Positions 43,789-54,132 of a stretch of 64,000 nt of DNA are shown here, piece by piece (within the stretch, counting starts at the first letter, position 1; each line of letters opens with the position of its first letter). A model generated the notes under the pieces. It saw only the letters and a program-made list of their open reading frames with translations, was not told where the DNA came from and ran no database searches. A program made the position numbers and the translations under genes. Where the stretch lies: assembly GCA_016187125.1 (NCBI GenBank), contig JACPKF010000009.1:11855-75854 (forward strand), in the 5' to 3' direction. The DNA is from Candidatus Saccharimonadota bacterium (GTDB lineage Bacteria > Patescibacteriota > Saccharimonadia > Saccharimonadales > UBA10212).

Positions 43789-45573
43789 ATGAATCCCAAT
43801 TTGCGTCTAAATTCACAACCAACGATTGAGTCAAGCGCCAATCGTCGTTTATGGCTATGGTACGGTATTTTGCTAGCCGTTTTAATCGTGTTTGGCGCAC
43901 GGCTTTTTTACCTGCAAATTGTCCGCCACGATTATTACCGTCAACAGGCTTTATCTAATCAGTTAAAAGAATATACGATTCCGGCAACAAGAGGTGTAAT
44001 TAAGGCTCATGAGGGAAGCCAAATAGCACCGCTGGTTTTAAACGAGAAACTCTACACTCTTTACGCCGATCCGGTTTATATTAGCGACTCCCACGCTGCG
44101 GCTAGCAAAGTGGCGGCTGTTACTCAGGCTGATGCCAAGGAATATGAAAAAGCCATGAGATCACCCAAGACTCGCTACGTAGTATTGGCTAAAAAATTGA
44201 CCGAGCAGCAGAAAAAGCAAATAGAGGCCTTAAAAATAGCTGGCATCGGGACTCAAGCTCAGGACTATCGTCTATATCCTCAAGGCACTCTGGCGGCTCA
44301 GATTTTGGGGTTTGTTAATAGCGATGGCCAAGGCAAATATGGGCTAGAGCAGGCAATGGACGGCACAATGATGGGTACGCCCGGCAAACTCAAAGCCATA
44401 ACTGATGTCAACGGCGCGCCTCTAGCTGCTAGCCGTGACAATATTCAGATCGATCCCAAAGCCGGCAAAGACATAATTTTGACCATAGAGCTTGGCATGC
44501 AAAAACAGCTCGAGACCCTGCTTAAGCAGGGTCTCGATCGGTCTAATAGTAAATCCGGCAGTGTGGTTATTATTGACCCGGGTAGCGGAGCTGTTAAAGC
44601 TATGGCCAACTGGCCGACTTACGATCCAGCCAAGTATTCGGAGGTGACCGACGCCAGTCTTTTCAATAACGGGGCCGTTAGTTCGCCGCTGGAAGTTGGT
44701 TCAATCATGAAAACCCTAACCACCAGTGCCGGACTCGATTTAGGGGTGATTAAACCAGACACTACCTACTTCGATCCGGGGCATTGGGAGCTTGACGCCC
44801 ACCAGATTACCAATGTTGAAGAAATAAGTTCCGGGACTCACTCTGTCCCAGATATAGTTAATCTATCAATCAATACCGGGGCAACTTGGATTTTAATGCA
44901 AATGGGCGGCAAAACCGGCGAGATAACGGCCACCGCCCGCGACCGCTGGTATGATTATATGGTTAACCATTTTCAGCTGGGTAAAGCCACCGGCATAGAG
45001 CAGGGCTATGAAGCTAGTGGCTATGTACCTGATCCCAATAACGGTTATGCGCTGCAGTTGACATATGCCAATACGGCTTTTGGTCAAGCTTTGACCATCA
45101 CACCGCTGCAAATGGCAGCGGCCTTGTCCAGCGTAGTTAACGGCGGAACTTATTATCGACCCTATCTGGTAGATCAAATAGTTGATGAATCTGGCAAGGT
45201 AACCGTCAACAAACCAAAAATTGTCCGCAGTAATGTAGTCTCAGCGGAGGTCGGTCGGCAGGAACGACTACTGATGGAGTATTCTTTGGCCCAGCATCAT
45301 CTTCGCCCACCATTCTCCGCCAACTACAGCGTCGGCGGTAAAACCGGCACGGCCCAGATTGCCAACCCCAACGGCGGTTACTACGACGATAGATATAACG
45401 GTACCTATCTTGGTTTTGTCGGCGGAGATAAACCGCAGTATGTCGTCATGGTACGCATTAATGAACCAAAGGTTGGCAAGTATGCTGGCAGCAGCGCCGC
45501 TCAGCCCTTATTCGCGGACATCGCTCATATGCTGATTGATAATTTTAACGTCCTACCTAAAACTGGACCATAA
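43789..45573 (+). CDS. ftsI: class B penicillin-binding protein (FtsI-type transpeptidase)
   Basis: N-terminal TM helix, PBP dimerisation region and transpeptidase motifs (SIMK as SxxK, SIN as SxN, KTGT). Confidence 0.88.
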   Translation: MNPNLRLNSQPTIESSANRRLWLWYGILLAVLIVFGARLFYLQIVRHDYYRQQALSNQLKEYTIPATRGVIKAHEGSQIAPLVLNEKLYTLYADPVYISDSHAAASKVAAVTQADAKEYEKAMRSPKTRYVVLAKKLTEQQKKQIEALKIAGIGTQAQDYRLYPQGTLAAQILGFVNSDGQGKYGLEQAMDGTMMGTPGKLKAITDVNGAPLAASRDNIQIDPKAGKDIILTIELGMQKQLETLLKQGLDRSNSKSGSVVIIDPGSGAVKAMANWPTYDPAKYSEVTDASLFNNGAVSSPLEVGSIMKTLTTSAGLDLGVIKPDTTYFDPGHWELDAHQITNVEEISSGTHSVPDIVNLSINTGATWILMQMGGKTGEITATARDRWYDYMVNHFQLGKATGIEQGYEASGYVPDPNNGYALQLTYANTAFGQALTITPLQMAAALSSVVNGGTYYRPYLVDQIVDESGKVTVNKPKIVRSNVVSAEVGRQERLLMEYSLAQHHLRPPFSANYSVGGKTGTAQIANPNGGYYDDRYNGTYLGFVGGDKPQYVVMVRINEPKVGKYAGSSAAQPLFADIAHMLIDNFNVLPKTGP

Positions 45574-45621
45574 TCAGCAACGGATGATATAGTAGGCAGA
45601 TTGAGGACAAAATAAACAACT

Positions 45622-46665
45622 ATGACTACCTCCCTCCAAATATTTGCAGATTCTTCCACTATCGAACAAATTTTCATGTTCGGCTTGCTGAGTTTCCTAA
45701 TCAGTATGGTTTTAACTCCAATTTACACAGCCGCTGCCTTTTCTGGTAAATGGTGGAAAAAGCCCCGGACCACAGCCATATCTGGTGAAGTGGCAACGGT
45801 TTATCAAAAACTTCACGCCGCCAAGCATCAACGCAGTATCCCAACAATGGCGGGGATAATTTTTGTCTTATCGGTAGCGTTGGTAACGATAGTTGGTAAC
45901 TTAAGCCGGTCTGAGACTTGGTTGCCACTGGCCGCCATGGTTGGGGCAGGCCTGATAGGACTGCTTGACGACATCATCAATATCAGAGGTATTGGTGGCG
46001 GCATCGCTGGCATGCGAGCCAAGGTAAAGGCTGCCTTGCTGGTCGGCATAGCTTTAATTGGCGGCTGGTGGTTTTTTGCCAAGCTGGGCATAACCGGTAT
46101 TAATATACCGTTTTTTGGCGATTGGCATATCGGCTGGTTGATTATTCCACTGTTTATATTGGTAATTTTTTCGACGGCTGTGGCGGTTAATTTTAGTGAC
46201 GGACTTGACGGATTAGCTGGCGGACTGGTGGCTATTGCCTTCGGTGCTTATACGGTCATTGCCATAATTGAGCAGAAGTATGGACTGGCCGGTTTTTGTA
46301 TGACAGTAGTCGGGGCGCTGCTAAGCTACACCTGGTTCAATATTTATCCGGCCAGGTTTTTTATGGGCGATGTCGGTTCTTTTGCCCTAGGCACGGCTCT
46401 TGGGGTTGTGGCCATGCTAACCAATACGGTATTTCTACTTCCCATAATCGGTCTGGTTTTTGTTGTGGAAGCTGGCTCGGTGGTCATTCAACTTATTTCT
46501 AAGCGGCTTCGGGCCGGTAAAAAAGTTTTTTTGTCGTCGCCGATTCATCACCATTTTGAAGCTATCGGCTGGCCCGAAACTAAAGTAACTATGCGTTTTT
46601 GGATAATCGGCCAAATGGCGGCTTTTACCGGACTGATTTTGTTTATTCTTGGAGGCAATCCGTGA
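45622..46665 (+). CDS. mraY: phospho-N-acetylmuramoyl-pentapeptide transferase
   Basis: Polytopic, with DDxxN-like LLDDIINI, NFSDGLDGLA and SPIHHHFE motifs. Confidence 0.92.
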   Translation: MTTSLQIFADSSTIEQIFMFGLLSFLISMVLTPIYTAAAFSGKWWKKPRTTAISGEVATVYQKLHAAKHQRSIPTMAGIIFVLSVALVTIVGNLSRSETWLPLAAMVGAGLIGLLDDIINIRGIGGGIAGMRAKVKAALLVGIALIGGWWFFAKLGITGINIPFFGDWHIGWLIIPLFILVIFSTAVAVNFSDGLDGLAGGLVAIAFGAYTVIAIIEQKYGLAGFCMTVVGALLSYTWFNIYPARFFMGDVGSFALGTALGVVAMLTNTVFLLPIIGLVFVVEAGSVVIQLISKRLRAGKKVFLSSPIHHHFEAIGWPETKVTMRFWIIGQMAAFTGLILFILGGNP

Positions 46666-47957
46666 GCCTCAGGCCACGCACCAGACCACCTGCGAAATAC
46701 CAAAATTCAATCAGCAGCGTTGAGCAGAGTAGTAGTACCAGCCGCCGCCATCGCCCAGATTACGGAGTTTTTGTTTTAACAAGCCTGCTGCTACTTATTG
46801 GCTTAGTCGTTGTTTACTCGATCAGTCCGGCTCTAGCTGCTTCGCAACATATTAGCCAAAATTATTTTATAACCAAGCAGTTAATTGACGTCGGTTTAGC
46901 CGTGGCCGGCTTTTTTGTAGCTGCCAATTTAGCTATTCGCCGCTGGCAGGGCCTATCTAATCCTTTACTTATAATTGCTCTTTTTGGTTCTGTCTTAGTG
47001 CTAGTTACGCCGATCAACGAACTTTATCCAGCGCACCGTTGGATACGCTTGGGCAGTTTTAGTTTTCAAATTGTAGAGTTGATAAAGCTGGCTCTAATTG
47101 TTTGGCTAGCCAACTTTTTAGCGAGGCAGTGGGCTCTTGGCAAACTAGCTGATCTTAAGGCAACCTTGCGGCCTCTGCTGTTTATTCTTCTAGCCATCGG
47201 TATAGTTGTGGCTAAACTCCAAAGCGATCTAGGCTCGGCCGCTGTAGCCATTGCCATCATGGGGCTTATGGCCTTTATGGTAGGGATACCCCTTAAGAAA
47301 GTGGCCTTAATCAGCGTCGGCATAATTCTTCTTTTAACCCTTGCTATAGCCAGTACTGGATATCGCCGTGATCGCCTAGCTGCATATTTACATCCAGGTA
47401 AAGACTGCCAAGACACATCATATCAAGCCTGCCAAGCACTTATTTCTGTTGGTTCTGGTGGAATATTTGGACTGGGCTTAGGCTACGGAGTTCAGGCCTA
47501 TGGCTATCAACCAGAAGCTGCCAACGACTCAATTTTTGCCATTCTGGCCGAAAAATTCGGCTTTGTTGGCACCACCATGATCATAGTTCTTTACGGCATA
47601 TTTATCGCCAGGCTCAAGAAAATTATTCAACGCAGCAGCGACCAATTTAGTCGGCTAATAGTAGTCGGTGTGCTGGCCTGGCTAAGTACTCAAATGATAA
47701 TTAACATTGGCGGTATGATTGGGCTTCTACCCTTGAAGGGCATAACTCTGCCGCTAATCAGTCAGGGGGGTACTAGCATGGTCTTTTTGACGGTAGCTCT
47801 AGGAATAGTTTTTCAGATTTCGCGTTATACTAGTTACAATGTTACGCAGCCCAAAATCAGTCAACCCAGTTCTACCGGCAGCGACTACGGTAGTTCTGAC
47901 CGGCGGGGGTTCCGGCGGCCATATAACACCCCTACTGCCGCTCGCCCGCGCACTTAA
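46662..47957 (+). CDS. ftsW: SEDS-family lipid II flippase/polymerase FtsW
   Basis: GGAGG precedes GTG 46662, which overlaps the mraY TGA. FtsW/RodA pattern (QPEAANDSIFA, LPLISQGGTS). Confidence 0.85.
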   Translation: MSLRPRTRPPAKYQNSISSVEQSSSTSRRHRPDYGVFVLTSLLLLIGLVVVYSISPALAASQHISQNYFITKQLIDVGLAVAGFFVAANLAIRRWQGLSNPLLIIALFGSVLVLVTPINELYPAHRWIRLGSFSFQIVELIKLALIVWLANFLARQWALGKLADLKATLRPLLFILLAIGIVVAKLQSDLGSAAVAIAIMGLMAFMVGIPLKKVALISVGIILLLTLAIASTGYRRDRLAAYLHPGKDCQDTSYQACQALISVGSGGIFGLGLGYGVQAYGYQPEAANDSIFAILAEKFGFVGTTMIIVLYGIFIARLKKIIQRSSDQFSRLIVVGVLAWLSTQMIINIGGMIGLLPLKGITLPLISQGGTSMVFLTVALGIVFQISRYTSYNVTQPKISQPSSTGSDYGSSDRRGFRRPYNTPTAARPRT

Positions 47958-49053
47958 AAAAAAACAGCCTGGATGCCAGATTATTTACATTGGACTTACG
48001 GGTGATAAGCTTAAGGACCTAAAAGCTGAGCGGGAAATTTTTGACAAAGTTTTTCATATTAAGTCCGGTAAATTTCGCCGTTACCATGGCCAGAGCATTC
48101 TGGCGCATTTAGTCGACATTAAGTCTCTGATTTTAAATTTTCGAGATTTATTTAGAGTGATGAGTGGCACTCTCAGTGCCAGACGGCTGCTAAAAAAACT
48201 TGAGCCTGATGTGGTTTTTTCTAAAGGGGGCTATGTAGTAGTACCCGTAGGACTGGCTGCTAAGATGCTAAAAATCCCAATCGTGACGCACGATTCGGAC
48301 GCAGTTTCCGGTATAGCCAACCGGATTGTTGGACGCTGGGCAAAAGTTCACGCCACAGGAATGCCACCACAACATTACAACTATCCGAAAGACACCATAG
48401 CCTATGTCGGCATACCGATCGCAAAGGACATTAAACCAGTTAATAAAGCTGCTCAGAATGAATTTAAAAAAGCTCAAGGTATACCCGAAAGTGGTGTGGT
48501 GCTACTAATCAACGGTGGCGGTTTGGGCTCCAAGCGGGTTAATGAACTTGTATTACAAATTGTACCTCAACTTTTAGCCCAGTTGCCGGATCTACACGTA
48601 ATTCATATTACTGGTAGCTTGCATGAAGAGGTGATTAAAGCTAAATATGAGACTCTGCTTGGTGAGCCCAGTTTAAAACGGCTAAAAGTACTCGGTTTCA
48701 GTGATGAATTTTCGATAAACACCGGTGCAGCCGATCTGATTATTGCCAGGGCAGGGGCGACGACCCTAGCCGAACTGCAGCTGCAGCAAAAAGCCTGTAT
48801 TATTATTCCAGCGCCGTTTTTAGCCGGCGGTCACCAGCTAAAAAATGCCGAAGTGCTAAAGCAAGCCGATGCGGCTGTGGTTGTTTCCGAAAATATCGAT
48901 CCGCAAGAACTGTTAAAACTGTCCCTAGATCTTTTAAAAGACGCAACTAAAAGGCAACGCCTAGCCAGCAAGATGGCAACTTTAGCTCACCCCCGGGCTG
49001 CGGCTGAGTTAGCCGAAATTATTCTTAATGTCGCCCAACGCCGGCGAGTATAG
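47839..49053 (+). CDS. murG: UDP-GlcNAc:lipid I GlcNAc transferase
   Basis: TGGGSGGHITP N-terminal motif and a C-terminal GATTLAE. The start is uncertain; ATG 47839 overlaps the ftsW tail by ~119 nt. Confidence 0.85.
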   Translation: MLRSPKSVNPVLPAATTVVLTGGGSGGHITPLLPLARALKKKQPGCQIIYIGLTGDKLKDLKAEREIFDKVFHIKSGKFRRYHGQSILAHLVDIKSLILNFRDLFRVMSGTLSARRLLKKLEPDVVFSKGGYVVVPVGLAAKMLKIPIVTHDSDAVSGIANRIVGRWAKVHATGMPPQHYNYPKDTIAYVGIPIAKDIKPVNKAAQNEFKKAQGIPESGVVLLINGGGLGSKRVNELVLQIVPQLLAQLPDLHVIHITGSLHEEVIKAKYETLLGEPSLKRLKVLGFSDEFSINTGAADLIIARAGATTLAELQLQQKACIIIPAPFLAGGHQLKNAEVLKQADAAVVVSENIDPQELLKLSLDLLKDATKRQRLASKMATLAHPRAAAELAEIILNVAQRRRV

Positions 49054-49058
49054 ACAAA

Positions 49059-49937
49059 ATGCGCCAAACTAGCAGAAAGACCGGTCGCCGACGACTGTTT
49101 AAGGCGCGTGGGTCTAGAGTCTTTCTTAATTACTACCGATCTTCCAAACCAGAGACATCAAGTTCTGAGCCGTCTACCCAAAAAATCTCAACTGATTGGT
49201 TAGGCAAAAAACGCCTTCTGTATAAGCTAAGAAATTTTGGGCTGCTGATCTTGCTACTTTGGCTCAGTATTCATAGCCTTATACTCCAACCCTCGCCCCA
49301 AATTTCTTTAAGTAATACGACCTACCGCAGCGCGGCTGATTATAAACAAGCTATCACGCACGAGCTGAAGTCACTTTTAAACCGCAATAAAATTACATTA
49401 AACAAAAAAGCCGTGGAGATTAAACTAAAACGGCAGTTTCCAGAAATAACCAGCCTCAGTATAAATATAGGAGTATTTTCACAAATCCCGCGAGTCAAAC
49501 TGGTCATCGACGGCCCTAGTTTTAATTTAAGCAGCGCCGCGGAAACATATGTAGTTAACGCCCAAGGTGTGGCTGTCGCCAAAAGTGCCAACTTAGCCGC
49601 CTCATCCCAGTTGCCGAATCTAATAGACCAAACGAACTTTAAAGTTGAGCTTGGTAAACAGGTGCTAGCGGCCAGCGAAGTAACTTTTATTAACAATCTA
49701 CTTGCCCAGTGCCGGCGGTCATCAGTTCCAGTAGCTTCATTAACGCTACCACCTTTGGCTCAAGAGTTAGATTTACGAACTGCCGATAAGAGTTACTTGG
49801 TGAAATTTTATTTAGGTGCAGATGCTAGCCAACAAATCGGCCAATTTTTAGCCGCCCGCCACGATTTTGATGTCCGGGGCCAGCAGCCGGCCAGTTACCT
49901 GGATGTGCGCGTACCCGGCAAAGTCTATTTTAAGTAA
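49059..49937 (+). CDS. ftsQ: FtsQ/DivIB-like division protein
   Basis: Basic N-terminus, one TM helix, POTRA-like region; last position in the dcw cluster. Confidence 0.6.
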   Translation: MRQTSRKTGRRRLFKARGSRVFLNYYRSSKPETSSSEPSTQKISTDWLGKKRLLYKLRNFGLLILLLWLSIHSLILQPSPQISLSNTTYRSAADYKQAITHELKSLLNRNKITLNKKAVEIKLKRQFPEITSLSINIGVFSQIPRVKLVIDGPSFNLSSAAETYVVNAQGVAVAKSANLAASSQLPNLIDQTNFKVELGKQVLAASEVTFINNLLAQCRRSSVPVASLTLPPLAQELDLRTADKSYLVKFYLGADASQQIGQFLAARHDFDVRGQQPASYLDVRVPGKVYFK

Positions 49938-51357
49938 TTTTTTCTCTTGCCAACTTATCACTAATGCCGAACCAACCAACGGCGGCGCTAAATAGTGCCA
50001 GGCCAGCGACCGACCACATAGCTACTTGGTAACCGTGATGTGATGCTTGGCGCAGGCTAGGGGACTGTTGGTGCAGGTCCAAAGGCACAGCCGACTTGTC
50101 GGTGGTTGAGCTGGCAAAAATGATCGAAATTATCATTCCAGCGATAGCAATAACGATAAGTCCGCCGATACGGGCGACGGTGTTGTTAAGACCTGAAGCT
50201 ATACCGGCGAATTTAGAAGGCACTGACTTCAAGGCAGTGGTAGTTATGGGTGCAACTATCATAGCTAGGCCCAACGAAAATAAGACTATGCCAAGACTGC
50301 CGCGCAGCCAAATATCGTTTTTTGAATTAATAATCGAAAATAGCAGGCTGCCGGCGGCGATCAAGACCGGCCCAACGGACAGTAGCATTCTGGGGCCATG
50401 TAGATCCGCCAGGCCGCCAAAATAGCGGGCCAGAGCGATCAGGACCAGGCTGGTGGGTACCAGGAACAAGCTGGAGCTAAGCGGTGTCAGGCCCAAGAAC
50501 TGCAGATAAAGCGTGAAATAAATAAAAACGCCGTTCAAGGCTCCATAGAGCAGCAATGTCTCCAGATTCGAAAAACTAAAATTGCGAATTTTGAAAAATT
50601 TGAATGGCAGCATCGGATGCCGGCTCTTTAGCTCTACCGCCACGAAGGCGGCTAAGCTGACTCCACCTATTAGCAGTGTCCACCACAGGCGGCTAAAACC
50701 GGTCTTGGCCCCCTCGACCAGATAGTAGGTCAAAAAACCGAAGCCGGAAGCAATAAGCAGGGAACCGGGTATATCCAGCGGTGTCGGCTCGGCCTCCTTC
50801 TCTTTATCGGGAACAGCCTGCGCCGACCAGTAAATAATAAGAAAGGCCAGGGGCAGATTGATGTAAAAAATATAACGCCAGGAGAGCCACTGGGTCAGGG
50901 CACCGCCAAGCGGCGGCGCTATAACGGTTGAAATACCCGTCAGTGCCGTCCAAAGACCGATGGCTTTGCCGGCGTGATCGCCGTAGACGCTCCTAAGCCA
51001 TGCCAAGCTGTTAGTAGTAACAAAAGCTCCACCTATGCCCTGTAGTACCCTGGCAACTATAATTACGGCTGCATTAGGTGCCAGGCCGGCCAAGACTGAG
51101 GCTAGGGCAAAGCCGATCACTCCATAGTTAAATATTTTTCGGCGGCCGTATCTATCACCTAAAGCGCCGCCGACGAGATATAAAGCGGCTAGCGACAATG
51201 AATAAGACAAAAAGATCCATTGCTCGCCAGCTAAGCCCAGATTTAGGGCTTTTTGCATCGTGGGTAAGGCAACGATCACGGCCGTACCATCAATGAAGGC
51301 TAACGAGGAGCCCAATGCTGTAGCAGCCAGAGTATACTGCCTCTTACTAAGCGCCAT
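49930..51357 (-). CDS. MFS transporter (14-TMS drug:H+ antiporter-like)
   Basis: 475 aa with ~14 TM helices and an MFS motif GALGDRYGRRK. Its stop overlaps the ftsQ stop (convergent). Confidence 0.85.
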   Translation of the reverse strand: MALSKRQYTLAATALGSSLAFIDGTAVIVALPTMQKALNLGLAGEQWIFLSYSLSLAALYLVGGALGDRYGRRKIFNYGVIGFALASVLAGLAPNAAVIIVARVLQGIGGAFVTTNSLAWLRSVYGDHAGKAIGLWTALTGISTVIAPPLGGALTQWLSWRYIFYINLPLAFLIIYWSAQAVPDKEKEAEPTPLDIPGSLLIASGFGFLTYYLVEGAKTGFSRLWWTLLIGGVSLAAFVAVELKSRHPMLPFKFFKIRNFSFSNLETLLLYGALNGVFIYFTLYLQFLGLTPLSSSLFLVPTSLVLIALARYFGGLADLHGPRMLLSVGPVLIAAGSLLFSIINSKNDIWLRGSLGIVLFSLGLAMIVAPITTTALKSVPSKFAGIASGLNNTVARIGGLIVIAIAGMIISIIFASSTTDKSAVPLDLHQQSPSLRQASHHGYQVAMWSVAGLALFSAAVGWFGISDKLAREKIT

Positions 51358-51726
51358 AAAATAGAGTATACTCCTCTTGCCTAGTTCGTTTTTTGTTCAT
51401 TTCGTATAATTTTTGTCTTACAAAAAAACATATAATAATGCCAGAGTAGGGGAATGTCAAATATAACTGCCAAATAGGCAAAGTAGGGGAAATATATAAA
51501 AAGAAATGAAAGACCCAAAAGTCAAATGTTTATAGTGAGCTTATGCAGCTGTGGATAACTATAAGACTTTTCACAGGATTTTTTACATCAGGCTATGGTT
51601 AGCCGATAGCAATGCGGCAATTGAATTTAGAGGGACAGTAGCAGTGAATAAAATCAGTCGAATGCGTCTTCATCCAATAACTTCCCCTTTAGGGAGGTAA
51701 TAGTACTGAGCACCACTTATAGACAA

Positions 51727-51764
51727 ACGTCATGTCGCAAAAGATACATTGTGCGACATGACGT
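51727..51764. repeat. perfect 13-bp stem hairpin in the 594-bp noncoding region
   Basis: ACGTCATGTCGCA-12 nt-TGCGACATGACGT. Confidence 0.8.
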
Positions 51765-51951
51765 ATCAACCGAGTTTCTATATTTCCCTACGCCTTACAC
51801 GTCTAATTTTATTTATTTTTAAGTTTTATTTTTTTTGATTCAAAACTGCTTTCCTTTCCGACAGTATCTCACTTAGATACTTGCTTAGACACTTGCCCAG
51901 CACTATTAATGTTCGCAAAATGTTCTATAGCATCTATGATAGTATTTTTAT

Positions 51952-52626
51952 ATGATCAACAGGACGCTTAGAGTAGCCAGAAATGGGTACCAAGAATCTG
52001 CTTGGACTAAGAGTGAAATTCTAGCTGGGCTCGAACGCTTTTTCGAACTAAATAATCGTTACCCCACATCTCGTGAAATAGACAAGTTTGAGTTTCTACC
52101 AAGCTCACGTTCGCTACAGAGACAGTTTGGAGGACTCGTAGCACTCCGTAAAGAGCTGATTCCCGCTAGTCACGCTGACTTCACGAGAGGTTCTTTTAGA
52201 AGTAACGTTGCTAGTGAAACGTGGCATCGTGCTACGAAGTATGAAGAAGAATTTTTTAATTTTTTACAATTCCATTTTCAGCCTTTTGCTATCCATGAAC
52301 ATAAAATCATAAGACCCGGTAATGTCTCTAGTGATTACTATATTTATCTATCAGAGAAAGAGGGTGTGATTATCGATCTATTTTATGCAGCACATTTACA
52401 TTCGTTAATGGGAGTCGTAAATATTAAATTAAAAAGATATATCGATCTGCCCTTCACTACGTACTTAGTCCTGGTGGGTAATCACGAACTTGGTCTTCAA
52501 GCCTTATTAGATGTCATGGGAAGACGAAAAGTTTCTCTGCCCGAAAATATTTTAGTTGATACCGAGACTCACTTTAAAGAATCAACAGTCTTCGAACTTA
52601 AACAACGGTCAAAGTTTTCTATTTAG
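51952..52626 (+). CDS. homing-endonuclease-associated-repeat protein with possible PD-(D/E)XK-like C-terminal domain
   Basis: WTKSEILAGLERFFELNNRYPTSREID ... LPSSRSLQRQFGG at the N-terminus. The C-terminal E ... D(YYIY) ... IIDLFY ... K pattern is weak. Confidence 0.55.
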   Translation: MINRTLRVARNGYQESAWTKSEILAGLERFFELNNRYPTSREIDKFEFLPSSRSLQRQFGGLVALRKELIPASHADFTRGSFRSNVASETWHRATKYEEEFFNFLQFHFQPFAIHEHKIIRPGNVSSDYYIYLSEKEGVIIDLFYAAHLHSLMGVVNIKLKRYIDLPFTTYLVLVGNHELGLQALLDVMGRRKVSLPENILVDTETHFKESTVFELKQRSKFSI

Positions 52627-54041
52627 TGCAGCTTTATGACGTATTCTACATCTGGAGAAGTTTGATCGTTCTTAGGATCAGCCGCTGGGCTGTTAGCAGG
52701 CCCTATAGGCTTCTTTCTGTTAATGTGTCTGCGTTTACTGGCAGCTTTTATAACGGATGCTTCATCCTCGTACTGGGCGTAAGTTGTCACGGCTTTACCA
52801 ATCCGTTCATGAGAAGCTTGATGTTGGGCTATGTCTGCGGACTCGGGCTGTTTAGCAATTGATGGGCTGCCATTATTTAGACCAGGACTCTCGCTTTGCT
52901 TACTAGGTTCATCAATCGGTTGGCGGGCTAGTGGTTTAGCACTGCTGGGGCTGGCCCAGACAATGTTAGATGTCTCGATTGATGTGTGCGGCAAGTGAAA
53001 GAGACTGGCCAGCTCCTCGATATTTAAAATAAAACCTTTGTCTATAAAGAATCTGGCTTGATACTCCAGCAATTTATCTTTTCTAAAACTGCTATTTTTT
53101 AATATAAAACCGTTTGAATCAATTGTGTTGAAATGCTTAAAGGCGCTTGCTAAGGTCTGTATTCGCAGCCTAGCTGTCCTTTGGTCGTTGCCGCCGTAGT
53201 ACAGTAACCTAATTTTTACTCGATAACCTGGTTTGCTGGTCTTTTGTTTAATAGCGGCAATTCTGGCTTTGTCAGGCTCTGAGAGTTCCGGATCAGCCGT
53301 CCCTCCTCTACTTGATGCTGCAGGCGGCCGTACTAAAGCGGCGAAGGCTTGGCCGGCATAATTCAAGGCTTTGGCTCCACCGGAGCCGGTAAATAGCCTT
53401 CTTTGGCCCTTAATACGGTTTATTACCCTAGTTCCCTTCTGTTGCCAATTGTCTGATATCGGACGAGCCATAATCTGAATCCACATCTGCTCATTATCTT
53501 TGTTGAGCATGGCCAACGGGGTCATAATCGTTGCTAGGGGGTCTGCATCGAAACTTTGAAAAGTCTTGATTGGCATGATTTCGTTATCGGCCAACGTTAG
53601 CTCGGCGCAGTGGATGACTGCTTGGTCTAGCAGCGCTCGTTTCGAATAATCAACTGGCTGTTCATAAATCCTAACGTTGGGATAATGGGCATAAATCTGG
53701 GCTTCTACAAAAGTCTGTAGGTGCCTAGGCGTCCAGATATAAAAGCTGATTCTCTGCTTGATGGCTACAATCTCAAAGCTGAGATACTCTTGCAATGTAC
53801 CAGAGAGACGTAGCTCACGCTTGGGCCGTAAAATTCCATGCAAGGCTGCTAACATCCGCTCGGCGGCCAAGGCTTTTTTGTCGTTGGTCCGCGGCACCTC
53901 GAGTAGTAGCAGTAGATAATCGTCAGCCGCATCGACCTTTCTTCTTAAAAATTTCATCTTGCTTAGAATCCACTTACTTTCCGTAGATTCGTTAATTTCT
54001 GAATACGACTCTGTCAACTTCGACGTCCATTCCAGCCCCAT
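52623..54041 (-). CDS. hypothetical protein, globular ~380 aa plus low-complexity tail
   Basis: 472-codon ORF with no Walker or catalytic motif seen. The family was not recognised. Confidence 0.5.
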   Translation of the reverse strand: MGLEWTSKLTESYSEINESTESKWILSKMKFLRRKVDAADDYLLLLLEVPRTNDKKALAAERMLAALHGILRPKRELRLSGTLQEYLSFEIVAIKQRISFYIWTPRHLQTFVEAQIYAHYPNVRIYEQPVDYSKRALLDQAVIHCAELTLADNEIMPIKTFQSFDADPLATIMTPLAMLNKDNEQMWIQIMARPISDNWQQKGTRVINRIKGQRRLFTGSGGAKALNYAGQAFAALVRPPAASSRGGTADPELSEPDKARIAAIKQKTSKPGYRVKIRLLYYGGNDQRTARLRIQTLASAFKHFNTIDSNGFILKNSSFRKDKLLEYQARFFIDKGFILNIEELASLFHLPHTSIETSNIVWASPSSAKPLARQPIDEPSKQSESPGLNNGSPSIAKQPESADIAQHQASHERIGKAVTTYAQYEDEASVIKAASKRRHINRKKPIGPANSPAADPKNDQTSPDVEYVIKLH

Positions 54042-54132
54042 TCGTTTTTTGGGTTCTAAGGAGGTCCATAACCCTATTGGCTAATTATACATGCCAAAGA
54101 AGCTCTTAAGCTGGCAAGAGGGATAGACTCTA

